A stretch of DNA of 64,000 bases from Tubiluchus corallicola (taxonomy: Eukaryota > Animalia > Priapulida). The notes under the pieces are model-generated. The model searched no databases. It was not told where the DNA came from and saw only the letters and a list, made by a program, of their open reading frames with translations. The position numbers and the translations under genes were made by a program. Positions 13,515-28,500 of this stretch are shown piece after piece (the stretch's first letter is position 1; the number at the start of each line of letters is the position of its first letter). The DNA is taken from contig JAQGDQ010000306.1 of assembly GCA_030141605.1 (NCBI GenBank), forward strand, positions 62,001 through 126,000. Reading direction: 5' to 3'.

Positions 13515-16500
13515 GTGTGTCTATATTTTTTTAATTTTTCATAATTTCTGATATTTTTTATTTCTGAGTCTCACAGTTATATTTCAAAACTGGCTTGGAC
13601 TTGTGAAAAGAGCTTTCTAACTATTTTATAAAGGACATTTTGTGAGGCAAAATACTAAGGGCCCCTAAAAGTTGTCATCATGAAGTTGAAGCTAAAATGT
13701 TGAAGTTAAGTTATTGAAGTTAAAGAAAGGCTAAGATGTTTAGCCTTAGAAACCAACACAACTTGGGTTAAGAAAATGTCGTACTGATAGCAGAACCAAG
13801 CACAAAAAAAGAGAAAATCAAACAATCTATAAATAGTTGCTTGAAGATAGATGACATACTTAACACTTTCAAACCTTAGATCTATACTATAGATATTTAC
13901 TGTTCAAGTTCATGTATATTCACTCATTTACAAATTAATGTTTCAAAGAGCATAACGTGTGGTTAGAAGAAATGCGTGCCGTTTATAAAGCAATACGTTT
14001 CGCCAAGTTAAAATATCCAGCATTATTAGCCGCAATAACAGCTTTTTTGTTATCCTTGGATTTGTTAACTGAATTTTACTGTATGTATAAATTTGGCTAC
14101 ATTGATATGATTATACTTTCAGAAATATGATAAATACAAGTGTGATACACAGTATCTAAGTTTGTGTTTTTTACAGGAAACCGTTAGAAAGAAATTGTAT
14201 TACTAATTCCTATTTCATATATATATATATATATAGTTGGATCACTCGTCATGAGAGACATTTGTTTAATGCTTAAAATTCCTTTTAGCCGCTCAAGATG
14301 GCAAGAAGAAAACTAAACTTGTTCGCAGCATGAATGTAAAACAATGGAAACTTTCTGAAGCAGATTTACCTGCATTCACAGAGAATTTCTACATCGTAAA
14401 GTATGCTGATTTACAGGTGCGTATGACAGCTTGGATACCTGTTGTCCAGCCTTTTCATTGCTATTTAATTATGTAAAGTCAAATTATTGTTTATTAGGCA
14501 AGTTATTATTTATCATACCAAATTTAAATATTTCCTTATATAGTTAAGTATACAGACGTTCTACTTTACAGAAAATTTACATTTAGTACATCACATACAC
14601 ACATATAACATACATAGTCTTTTGTTGAAAACATTCAGAAAGGTATCACCTCTTGAAAGGAGAAGCCTGTGTAACTTTAGAGTCATCCTAAAGACAAAGA
14701 GAAAGATGCTAGATCTTTTTTTATGAAATTATATATTTAGTCATTTTACTTGGAAAACCAGATTTGATTTTTTATAATGTGTGCGAGGATTTCTGATTGG
14801 ATTTTTAACATTGTGAATTCAAGTAATATACAACGGTTTCTATTGCTCAGACGATTATAGTACACTTCACTTAATAAGCCCTTTTTGTTGTGAGGTAATA
14901 CTAATACTCTCCCGACACGATGGATTGCGAGCCTAATTTGTGCTACTTAACATAATGAAACTAATTACTAAATAATTTTATTGAAGCATTATATGAAAAC
15001 TATCTTTGGATCACTTTGATAAATACTGCTGTACAAAAATGGTAATTTTTTTACTATTACCAAAGCTACCATTGCTGTATTTTGTGAGCCACATGTCGTA
15101 CATTTGGCTGCAATAGTTGCAAAGTCATCAATAACAGACACCTGTTATCAATTTGCCTGCTATTGCTTTAAGTTTAACAAACCAATATTCAAGTTATTAC
15201 TGTTTGTGAGGCACATTTTGAATTTATAAAGCGTTTCGCCAAGTTAAAATATCCTGCATTATTAGCCGCAATATCAGCTTTTTTATTATCCTTGGATTTG
15301 TTAACCAACTTTTACTGTATGTGTAAATTTGGCTACATTGCTATGGTTATACTTTCAGAAATATGACAAATACAAGCGTGATACACAGTATCTAAGTTTG
15401 GAGCTGCACGCTGCTTTAGACAATGATAGCACCGATGGTTACAAGTTCAGGGTTTTTTTTCATTATGGAAACCTCAAGGATGTTAAGAATTCTTTGGTTT
15501 GTAACTCTTTCCTTTATTTTGCCTTGACTTATTAATTTTCAGCAGTCCACTTATCAAGCAAATTTATTGTGTTAGCATGTACTAATACACATGTGGACGG
15601 TTACTTTAATAAGTAAAAAGTTAAAAGTTTGTTTAGCTTTTCCATGCAACGCCTGTATGCACATAGCAGGTAAGTGCTTTTCTCAAATAATAATGACCTT
15701 ATTTGATATTCGGACTGACTGCGCCATAAAAAATTTCTACAGCTATAGCTGTCTAGCTGATTATTTTAACCATAGATAATAATATTACTAATTAACCTTG
15801 GGGTTGCGTAGTAATATAAATATCTGTGGCTTTAACACTCGGCTTGGTCACGTATATAATGCTCATACTGTAGGACTTTGTAGCTCAGTAAAGCCAGGCC
15901 CAGTAAAGTAACACGTTAAACGCTATTGCATGTGTACCTGTTTCTTTGTTTGCAATGGACACGATAAAGAAAATCTGGCTTCGTCATCAGCTCAGCAAAG
16001 CAGGAGGTTTAAGCTTTTGACAAATGACAATTCTTTTAGTTTTAAAAATGCAGACAAACTAAATTTAACAGTGCTGCAGTGCACCTTGTATGTGGGGGAA
16101 AAACATTATCTACATCTGAAAAATGTAAGTTGAAGTGAATTTTGCTAGGAAATTTGTGAAGTAAATTAACTTAATGACAGATTTAAGAATATTACAGAAG
16201 CAATGTTCTAATTTCACTAAAGCCAAACAGATGCACATTTTTTACAAAAGCATCACTCAAACCAGCACACAAAAATAATAAGTAATCAGTAAGGGATTTC
16301 CCTTTCTAAAAGTAATAGCAATGTGATTGCAATTTTTCTCAAGTAATTAATAATCATGAAAAATTACTTTTCAAAAGTAACGAACCCAACAATGCCTTTT
16401 TTGTCTATGCAACTTTAAAGAATTCACTTACGTCGTCTATGCTTATGTCGTCTTGCCAATTTGTTTGTCACTATGATGACGTCACATTGTGTTCATTTAG

Positions 16501-19500
16501 TTTTTATTTATATCACCTGCATTACTAGTCGGGTTAAATTAACTTTTGGTCGTGATTTGATTGAAACTCCAAGTTCGTCCTACTTGATAATTGATTGTGA
16601 CCCCCAGCAATCACATGATTGACATTAATCAATACATGGTATGTATCGGGCATTATCACTTGTTCATTATATTCCGGTATAGTAAATTTAAATGTACCAG
16701 CACTGTTCTATTGAAAACACCATTGCGCAATCTAATCTCAGTTTTTGTTTATGTTGTACACTAATCCTTTTCCTACTGAGTGGTAATATACATCCCAACC
16801 CCGGACCAACGCCTGCTACTAAATCAACAATGAATAGTAAACAAATTAATTTTATGCAAGTCAACATTCGCAGCCTAATGGCTAACGAAATTACGACTAG
16901 CCTAGCTTTAGAAAATAACTTTGATTTTATATGTCTCACCGAAACTTGGCTTTAAGCAGAGACTAATAACAACCTGTTAATTAACGGGTGTCAGCCCAAC
17001 ATGCATCGCGATTGTCCTCTCAGTGGTAGCGTTGCTATGTACGTTAACAACAGGTTATCAGCACATCAACTTCAGATGTACAAGCCAAATGACCATGAAA
17101 TCATGTGGGTGGAACTTTCACTATCACCGCTTTCAAACACACAAGTATTTATTTTTGCTGGTGACTTTTACAGTAAATGTAGCCACTGGCTCAACGGTGA
17201 GGACAGCATTGCCGGTAACAAATTTTATCATTTTGTTTCGGATAACAGTCTTAGCCAAATTGTAAATGAACCCCCTGGTATAACACCATATTCGCAAACA
17301 TTATTTGACTTAGTAATAGTAATTACTGATTCCCCTGATTTAGTTACTGAATGTTACACTTCAATTCTTATTAGTAATTGTGTTCACTTCCCTATTTTCT
17401 GCAAATTGCAGTTGAAAGGCATTTTCCCAGCAGCCTATCAAAGAAAAATATATGGATATGAGTTTGCAAATTGGCACAACCTGAATCAGGCAATTGCAAA
17501 CACTAGCCGAGGTGAAATAATTTCAACTTCTAACATTGACCTAATATACACACATTATACTGGAAAGTTGCAGTCATTACTAGATAGCCGTATCTCATCA
17601 CAGTTTACATAACTATTAGATCCAGAGACAAACCTTCGAAGAATTCCCAATGTAGAAGACTCTGCCGGGTAAAAAACCAAAAATGGAATAAATTTAAACA
17701 AAGGCCAAATGATGAAACTAGGCAACGGTATAACATGGCAAGAAACAAATATAATAATGCATGCTCAAACAGCAAACAAAAACATTACAATAAAGAATCA
17801 AAAGACTTGCTTGATCCGAACACCTCAAATAAAACTTGGTGGAAATATCAAAATCAGTCTTTAAGGGAAATTCTGTGTCCAAGGTGTGCCTCCACTGTTA
17901 GAGTACATAACATAATTACAATGGACATTGACAAACCCAACATCCTGAACAACTACTTCTGTGAACAGTCAACATTAAACATAGGACCAAACATCAACCT
18001 ACTTCCACAACAACTTAAAATCCAAGCCACCTTGTCAAGCATTCAAAGTACTCCTGACGAAATTGCCGATATTCTAAAAAGCTTAAACAGTAACAAAGCA
18101 GTAGGGCCCGATAGTATTAGTAACTTTGTAATGAAAATATAGCCAATAGTATTTCAGTCCCACTTTAGCAAAATCTTTAATAAGTCACTGAAAAGTGGAC
18201 ACTTTCCTAAATGTTGGAAAGAAGCCAACGTCAGCCCTATTTTCAAAAAGGACAATCGACAAGAAAAATCTAATTACAGACCGATTTCTCTTCTGTCAGC
18301 TATCTGAGGTTTTGGAAAAATATTATATTCAAACATCTGTACAATTGCCTAGTCATTTACAATAGTCTCTGAACCAATAGAAACTCTGGATTCAAATCAA
18401 ATGATGGCACAGTCTATCAGGTTTTATCAATAGTCCGTAAATTATATTGAGCCATGGATAATAGATTTGATGTTAGACTAGTGTTTCTAGACATATCGAA
18501 AGCCTTCGATAAAGTGTGGCATCATGGACTTTTATTTAAACTCCAAGAAAATTACATTAAGGGCAAGTTACTAAAGTGGCTTAAATCCTATCTTTCTGCT
18601 CGTCGTGGAAGAGTGGCAATAAATCTCAAATTCTCTGACTGGAAAGGTACAGATGCAGGAGTATCGCAAGGATCAATATTAGGCCTCATACTGTTTTTAG
18701 TCTTTATTGACAATTTAATAAGAACTAATGACTGTGACCTGAGGCTTTTTGCTGACGACACGTCACTAATTGAAGTTATAGATAATCCTAACACAAACAC
18801 AACACGAATCAATTCTGATTTGCAGAAAATACAGCAGTGGGCTGACCAGTGGCATGTAGCCTTTAATCCTAGGAAAACTGAAGTAAACCCAGTACCACCA
18901 CCACAACCAAGTTTATATATTAGCAATATTGAACTCCCTACAGTTTCCAGTCATAAACGTCTAGATGTTTATTTCCAACTTGGAATGGGATACCCGCGTG
19001 GTTCTAATAATCGGTAAAGCAAATTCTCGACTAGACTCTATTAGAAAAATATCACACATTGGCCCTCGTTCCACTTTCGAACATCTTTACAAATTAATGA
19101 TACTGCCAGTAATGGAGTATGCTGACAGCATATGGTGTAATATCCCAGCTGAATTGTCAGACTTATTAAAACTTACACAAAAATGAGTTGCACACATATG
19201 CAGTAAAACAATGAAAGGTACCAGTACACATAACTTGTTATTCGAAAATTCATTTAACTATTTAGCAAAAAGATGTATATTTCACAGAACCAAAATGTTT
19301 TATAAAATTGTTAACCAGTTAACACCATTGTATTTATTTGACATATTGCCAACTGCAAGTCGAGATCTACTTGATTATTCATTGTGTAACAAAAGCAATT
19401 TTGCTTTGTCTCGTACTAGATGTAACTATTTTAAATACTTATTCTTTCCTGTGTCTGTGAACTGGATGGAACAATTTACCAACTTTTATAAAAAAACTCT

Positions 19501-22500
19501 CCTTCTGTCAATGCATTTTGCAGCAGGTACAAACAGTAACTAAATTTTTTTAACCGACCTACATATTATACACATGGCTCTCCTCTAGTAGCAGTTCCAC
19601 ATACTCGAATGAGAGTCAGCTTTTTTCAATTAAATCAAGATCTCAACAGTCATGGATGTACATATAGAGCTGGGAGCATAGTTCAGCCAAATTGTACTTG
19701 TGGTTCCTCGCGAGAAACAGTACAACATTACTTTCTTGTGTGTCCCCAATATACAGCTAGTAGAATGAACCTTGAGGAAAAACTAACCCAGCTATACCAA
19801 CAAAATGTTTTCCCGTTTAATTTAAATAACTTGAGTAATCAACTGAAAATTTCAACTTTTCTTTTCGGATCGTCTCAACTAAGCTACAACCAAAATGTTA
19901 CATTCTTTCAAACTATCCAAGACTACATAAAATCTACGCACCTCTTTTCATCAATTGGTCATATGTAGTATTACTAATTTAACATCAATATTTATTTAAA
20001 CATTACTAACACTTAATAGCCATGCACCATATTTAGTAATTCTATTTCTTTGCAATACGGCCTAAGGTATTCTTAGACAGTTTATGGATAACTGTATGCC
20101 AAAGGTTATAACTTAATAAAAATATCTTTAGAAAAAAAATAAAGTATTGCAAGCTTATTGTTAATTACTATGAGGAGAAGGAGCACCTTGCAATCTGAAT
20201 GTGTTCCACATAATAGCAGTTTTTTATTTGGAACATTTTAAATGTAACATTAATTACAAATATTCGCAAATTGTTATTTTTTACTTATATTATATATTTT
20301 TTACTAGTTAATTATATACTCTATATAGTAATGCTTGTATAAGACATACATTATGTATATTTTTTATATACTTTATATGACATAAGTTTAAAAGTTAAAT
20401 ATTTTTACTGCATAGCCTATTGTACTAAGCTACTTGAATTTATTGATAGCCCTGGCTTACATGCAAACTGTAGGCACTTTATTTCAACTAATTTCAACTA
20501 CTTGCAAATGCAAGAGTCATCAGTTGCGCAATGTAGGCTTAACAGTCCTGTCGGTTGCTGTTTATATGCGAAGTGTTATTCAAAAATAGAAAATTAAGCT
20601 TTCGTTACTACAAGTAATAACTGGAGTGTAACTGTTCCAAGAGCACAATTTCTACAATACACACGTCAAAAAAGTTACTCATCCAGCCATAGTATCTAAT
20701 TGATTGACCTGTATTGTGTTCGATGATTATCAGCTGACTGTTTTCTGTTGACTAAAATTAGTTTCTGTTGGTGGAGTCTTAAAAAATAGTTAGGATCTGT
20801 TTCCATATGTGATTCAAATTTTTGATTGGTTTTGGTTTAAACATAATTTATTGAAGGTGTAACATCTAGGTTTGAAGCAGACAGTTTTACAACTGACCTA
20901 GTGGGAGCGAAGCAGTTGATTTGTTTTCATTGCAATACTATGTACATGTTATGTTATATTCATTGTTTATTGCTAGGAAGGGGAGATCATTGGTTTGCAG
21001 CTGTGTGCTTTCTTTCTGACCAGTAGCAGTGCCCTTTCATACTTTTCTGAACAATACAAGAAGTACACATCTACCCCTCATACTATGCAAGCCACGACTG
21101 AGTTAATGCATACAAAGATTGGATCAAAGGCACTGCAAAAGGTAAACAAAGTATGATCAATAAAACTTGCTTGCACTATATGGCATTCTGTGTTTGTTTG
21201 CATTTCTGCTTTGTATTGACAAAGCTTGGTCTAATAATGGCAATGTGCATCATAGAATTTTATATGCATGTAGTACATTTCAGACAAAGTAAATGGCGAA
21301 ATTATTGCAGTAGTTAAACTTCTAGTTACATACTGGAGAAGTTAGTTAAGTAACTGATTTATTATTCATCTTTTCTGAGCCAAGAACAAAATTTCTTTGC
21401 AACATATATGATTTTATTAGTAAGTAATCTACAATTGTAGGATTTCTTGTATGCAGGCAGATCACTCACTAGTTTCCAGTTTCAGTTCCTTTAGAGTTCT
21501 AATATATATTTGCTTCAATTTAAAGGACAAATTTAATACAAAAACAAATTTTCTTTTATTAAAAGAGCTGACCCTAAATTTGACATTAATTATATTAAAT
21601 TTCATGGCTTCCTCCCTAATGAGATTGGGCCCCAAAGTTGCATTTTCCACAAAACATTTTGTTCTGTTTTGTTTGCAAAATTTCAGAAAATCGCATCTAG
21701 CAACGACTTCTATAGATACCATTTCATTTCTGTGATGCTGCACTTGCAAACAATGCTACATACCAAACTGCGACATGTAATTAAGTGTAAGCACTGCAGT
21801 AACTCAGGACTGAATTTTGCTGACATCATCTAACAAGCAAAATGCACAAAATCAAGTTCCAAACTTTCAACGGAAATGACATCTTCACATCCGATTTCCT
21901 CTTATAAATTCCACCAAGAAAAAATTCAAAGTATCAGAAATTCTTAGCCTTTCTATTTTTGTGTAAAAGCAAAACTTCACAAAGTATGCTCTATTTGACC
22001 TTTAAAACAATTCTGTCTTCAACTGCTTGCAAACATTTAACAATATTTAGTAGGATAGTGACTTGACTAAATTACTGACATGTCAGGCACAGATGCATTA
22101 CTTTTTAGCTAAGAGAAGAAACTTCAGTCTCTGATGTTATACTACATCCAGCCACCCGGCAACTTGTGGAGAATATCTGGAAAGAAGCTCAAGGGGAACT
22201 TGCAGATGTACTACTCCACCCTGTGGAGTCATTGACATTAAAGAAGGTACATTTCCTGTAGAGTTTGAAGAACTATATAGGAGTAAATATCTAAATAGTG
22301 ATATATTTACAAAATACTGTACATTATTATCTCAATAAAAGTGCAGAAGTTGTTTTCCAAAATTATGTCCTCAAGAACTTGTAATGTCAAATGTGCTGTA
22401 TTACAACATTTTTTAGACGTGCTGCATTCAATACTAGCCTTCTAGTTAGTCTGTGAATTAATGAGGTGCGTTTATAATTGAAATAGGCCCAAATTGCTTG

Positions 22501-25500
22501 TGCATCATGTTATTCCACTTATTTCATATGTATGATTATTACAAGTAAATGATACATGTATGATTGTTAAAACTTTTACTATGGTTCTTAAAAGCGGTTA
22601 AAATTTTGTTTCAGGTTGAAGAGGCTGAAGCCATATTACTGCAGTTACAGCAAGTTTTAGAAGGAGGTGGTGATCAGCAGAAAGTACAAGCATTGATTAA
22701 AGATTTCTACTTGCTGGTACCACATCGTAATCAACAACCATTAGATAACTTGCACAGTCTTATCAAAAAGTTAGATTTGTGTCAGGTAACATTAAAAATC
22801 ATTTGTATTTTTTATAATACATTCAGTTTTTTCTCGTCAGGTATGCGCAACAGGTATGTTAAATGTATTACAATTTTAGATTCATGTGGCTTTGTTTGCT
22901 CATTGATCAGACATTGCCTAAGTATTTATTATGTTTGCTAAACATACATTTTCCACAAATCATGATTCGTTATATGCAAGCAACTTTTGCTTTGTTGATC
23001 TTTATCCTGCAGCAAAAATAGGAGTGTAGTAAAGTTTCTATAGGTATCAACAGAGAGAAGGCCACGAATTTTTTGCTTAACATTTGGCCTTTCGTGCTGC
23101 CAGTATTTACCTGGTTGTTTAAGTTGAAAGTATTTTCACAAAACTAAGTAGGCAATTTTCCTGTATGTAGCAGTACTGGTCACTTCTTTTTTTTGTAAGG
23201 CACCAGCATACTGCAAGTGACTGAATCGGGCAGAGGTGCCTCACTAAAATCTGTATAAGGTAAACAGCCGTGAGGGCTAATGCAACCACCCAGAGTAACT
23301 GTCGAACCCAGACAGTCCTGAACTAATCATACCAAGCATGCATACGTATCTGCTTGTCATTAACCTACCACAAATAATGATCTTACGAAAACTAACTAGA
23401 CTAAATATGGCTTGTTTTGATGCAGTTAATAAAAGATATGCTGTCCGTCAGCGAAGCTACTAACTGGATGACGCGTACCACCACACAAGCAAAATATCGA
23501 GCACTACGTTGTGTTATTCAGCATCTTGAGGATTATTCACCACAATATGAGAACGTGCGAAACTTGGTCCTTTCTTCTGATAAAAAGTTTGTGCAATTGT
23601 ATTAACATCTTTCCCGAATCAAAGTTTTCTAGTATATTTAATAAAACACTATGGCTATTATGCGAAATAAGTTTCAGAATCTTATAAACATTGACATTTT
23701 CCATTGCCTTTTTTATTCAGATCAGTTAAACGTAATTTACATAAATTCACTTAACACCATAATTTGTCTATAATTTTTATATTTGCATATACTTTAATTC
23801 TTATTTTGCTAAGAAATTTTTCTAGATCCACAATAAGCTTCATTCGTGACATGCGTAAAGTTTTTATTCATATTAAAATGGTATATTATTTAAACGATGT
23901 GACATAAAGCCCTAAAAACATAATTCATATTTATACAGGCCTTCACTTTTTTGAAACTTTTCAAACATGTGACATAATTATACACACTACTAATCGCTTT
24001 GATATGCCGGTGCTTTACTGAAATTACCTACACATTGGTTTTTGTAGAAACAGCAAGATTGCAGTGAAAAATGTTTTCGAAGTACATCGGCAATGTGAAG
24101 ACCCAGAATTCCAAAGCAGAATTGATAACAAGCGCCTGCTATTTCATGCCAGTAAGCCAGAAAATATGCTAGGCATACTTTCCAGGTATAAAATTGTGAA
24201 ATAATTGTCCATAAGACCATAATTGCTACACAGTATTAGTGATCATATTGTATGTTTGGTTATAATAAATACTATTGTTTTTCTAAAGTTTCCCACAGCA
24301 TAAAGTTCTCGTAAATATATTTTATTTTTGTTTATTCTAAAAGACTGTCTTCCCTTCATTTGCTGTTATAATAGTCATCTGCAACTTTGCGACATTTGCA
24401 ATATTTGCCAACCAACACTTTATAACTGTTTCCTTTTGATTTGTATTACTTTATTTGGAGTGAATTTAATATTTTCCAAAAACAAAAAGAAAAAATTCAA
24501 CATCTGTATTGTAAAATTGCTGTTCAGAATGGATAATTTGTCTTTTATACAGTGGATTCTGGGTTACTGTACAATAAGGAAGTTAGTGCTGTTGTGCCTT
24601 ACATTATAGTACTAAGTGTATACATTTCTGTAGGGGTTTGTTATTGCCTGGTGTCGTTGTTTCTAAGCTGGGCGGAGTTAGAACTGATATTGGAAATCTA
24701 GGATTTGGAATTTATTTTGCTGATGCCTCCAGGTAATTTGTAATTAGTTTTGTGTTGCATGGAATTTCATGAAATTTTACTACTTATAAGATCTTTTAAT
24801 ATTACTTCAATCTTATCTTTTAATTTGTTGCACTTTGAAAGCTTTTTAACATTTTTTCTTGTAGTTATTTACATTAAAAATATTCTTTAGTTTGTTGCAT
24901 ATTATAAATAGACTGTGAATTTTTAATTAGAAAGACTGACTTTAGTTAAAATTTTAATTTTTGAAACTGTTTATTTTTCAGTACAAGTTTAAAGTATTCG
25001 TCTGTTGGAAAGCACAGTCATACTAGATTTGTGCTTCTCCATGATGTGGCTCTGGGCAAGGTGAAAGAGTTTTCCACTCGGCAACTGGATCTCACTGAAC
25101 CACCCGATTCTTATGACAGCTGCCTGGGTGTAGCTAAAACTGAAGCCTTAAACTCTGATTTTACTGTATGTAAAGTGGTATTTATTATTAATTTGAAATA
25201 ACATAATTTACATCATTTGGCTGTCATCTTTCAGAACTGATATAGGCAACCTTTATTTTCATTTTCTCTCTAGGAAGATGAATATGCAATTTACAGCACA
25301 TCGCAGCAGAAAATGCGTTATTTAGTGGAGTTTTCCTTGCCTGAAGACCAAATAGCATCTTCACAACCAGAAAACATAGCAGAAGAAAGTATTCCAGCAA
25401 TTCCTGGTGTTGAACCAAAGAGTGAAGGTATTTTGCTGTATTTGAACCAAAAGCTATTTTACAGGAAAATTAATCCCCGTGATTAATTTTACCTAGACTT

Positions 25501-28500
25501 GTTAAAATGCAGCTGTCAGTAAATTCCGTGATTAAGTTTCATGTGATACAATGACTACAAATGAGTTTAAATATTTCGAAGATCGGGGTTCAGTTTTCAA
25601 TCGTTTTTCTTCCACCCAAAAAATTAAATAATGCTTAGCCCTCCTAAACCAAAGACTTTGTGAGGTTTATTATTTACAATCATGCGTCATTTGTGTATGA
25701 TTGGGCAAGGAACAACTATTTGTTGAAACATTGCTGCAGCTACTACACTGTTCTGTATGAAATTTTCAAAGACAAGTGCACAGCATTTTTGTGAACTTAA
25801 CTATATTCATATTTCAAGCAGTGTCTTTCTTTTTTGCTGTTGTCCTCTGATTGGTTTCCATGCACTTTAATTAGAAAACTCTGACTGTTTTAGGATGCCA
25901 AACTTATCAATGTTTCAGACAAAAATTCTTTTTTTCAGTGACCGAGATTGAGATAGATGATGTGCTTGATGTAGAGAATCCAATGGATAGTGTCAAAGTT
26001 GGCTTAGTAACGAATAACGATCAATTTATTCCACTGTGTGCTGTGCATATTCGAGCTAAATTGATTGACCTTGCCTCACAGGTTTGTCTATGAGCATGTA
26101 AGCGAGCTATAGTAATGGTACTTATGCACAACATGTTCATCAGTACCTATGCATTGTAATAAAGTGAAATAATGATATTGCCATCTGAATGTAGTCAAAG
26201 TTTGATCTACTTTTCGACTTAAACCTTTGACCTGATCCTAGATACAAACTTCTCAGTGGATTTAATATTTACTTAAATTTAAATAACAGTTTACTTAAAC
26301 ACTAAGATGCTAGTTAATGTAAGTGAGGCTTGTTTTTTACAACCTGGATAGGTAACCACCAGGAAAGCTGTTTCTGGGAAGTTTCAGTCCCCATACTGCC
26401 CCTTGATACCCCTTTGAGGATATCGTAAGCATGCAAACAAGGCTAAAACACTTCTGCCCATTCAGTGTCTCACCTTAGAGGAAAATAAAATACAATATAC
26501 AAAAACAGTGCCATATTTAAAAAATGTAGAATGCGTCATAGTTAATTAAACCACTTTGCAATCACAAAACAAGTTTATAAATTCACAAAGTGGCACACAA
26601 ATTTTCCACTTTACAGTATAACAGTGATTTTCTGTTTCTTTTGCTAGGTTGTTGTTTTCCAAGAGTACAAAAATGACAGCAAGTATCCAATAGAGGCGAA
26701 ATTTGTTTTTCCGCTTGTTGAGTTAGCAGCTGTTGTTGGATTTGAGGCTTTTATCAATGATAAGCACATTGTGGGAGAAGTGCAAGAGAAAGAAAAGGCC
26801 CACAAAGAGTATAGAGAAGCAGTTGCAGAGGGCCATGGTGCTTACCTCTTTGATCAAGAAACACCGGTGAGAACAATTTATTAGTTAACATCTCATCTTC
26901 CTGATAGTAACTGTTCATTTTAGGATCATTGGTAAATTCCGAAACAAGGATAAAGCATTTAACATGCCATTCACAGTACAAGAGAACATTGTAATAACAC
27001 TATAAAGATTTATTTTACATTCAATACATCAACCTTCTTCAAATGATAAGAACAAATTATATTAAAGACAGTTTGAAATGTTAAAACATTCTAAGTATCA
27101 GTACAGTACAACAATAGATATTGTTAATTTTTTATGTAAGCTCATTTACAAAAGGTTGAATTATAGCACAGCATAGAATGACAAAATGTAAGTTTTTAAC
27201 AGAATAAAAAAGGTATAACATACAATGATAAGTACTGTTAAACTATTCCAATGTGCCTGAAGAAAATGAGTTTAAAATTATGTTTGGAAATTAAATAAAC
27301 CACATGAGATAAAATTGTTCTTGAATCTCTCTGTTCTGCATTTAGGTAACGGGTATTTCAGATAGTGGTGAGCTCTATATCTATAAGTATGGGCATCTGA
27401 CAGTAGAGTATGGATTATATTATTAGGACTTTGAATTGATTATTTTACAAGAATTTTTGTGACAGTTAAATAAAGGTTGAAGATTTGCCAAAATTAGAGC
27501 ATTTGCATAGTGTTGATTTGTAACAAATTATTTTCAATTAGCATTTTTCAACAGTTTCTAACAAATCAATGAGATTTTGGAAGAGAGATGAGTACCATAC
27601 CTGACAAGCATATTCAACAACTGATCCAATGGTGGTGCAGTAACACCATTAAGAGATGCCCCATTTCTTTATAATTAGTAAATAATTAGTACAAAAAGTA
27701 AATTGTTTACTGGGTTTAGCATAAATTAAATGGACAAGGGTGTTCCATGTTAAAAGTTTAGCTACTGTACACCCAAAAGTTTAGCTGAATCAACTCTTTT
27801 TACCATCAAATGAGAGACATTAGTAGGGAAAATATCAGGAAGCCTAGCTATGACAGTCACAATCATTTTGATGAATTTAGAATATATTGAAATTTAGATT
27901 ATTAGCATTTGCCCATTGTAATGGCAATGTAATTACTTGATTAGCTGTTGTTTCAATTTTGAGATAGTCAGTAGTTAGTTCTTTGATGATGGTGGAAGAG
28001 GAAATAAGATATTTAATAAAATATTCGGAACTTGCATATATTCAAATTTTGTTAACAAAATGTTATGACCAGTGTGTTCAACAGCTTTTCGTAAATCTAA
28101 TAAAAAAACTGTAGAGGTACCACCTCTAGTGTCAACAGCTTTATGCAGTTGATACATTAAATAACTCAGAGTATGTATAGTGGAACCACCACAGATAAAT
28201 TTATATTGAGAATAACTTATTTGGTTACCAATTACCTGCCATAACCAATCAGAAACAAACTTTCCAAAATTTTGCAAAGTACCGGTGTATAGAGAAATAT
28301 GTCCCAGATCTTTTTCAAGTGATATAATGTCATTAGATTTTGGAATAAGTATAACATCTATGATGTAAAATGGCTGTAAATTAATTGTAAAACTGTTGAT
28401 TAATTAAAAAAATCTTGTTTAAGTTTTCACACAAGTGAATTAGTGGCTTACAAGGCTAAATTTTACCATCCCCACACTCAAGAAATTAGTTCGTGAAGCA

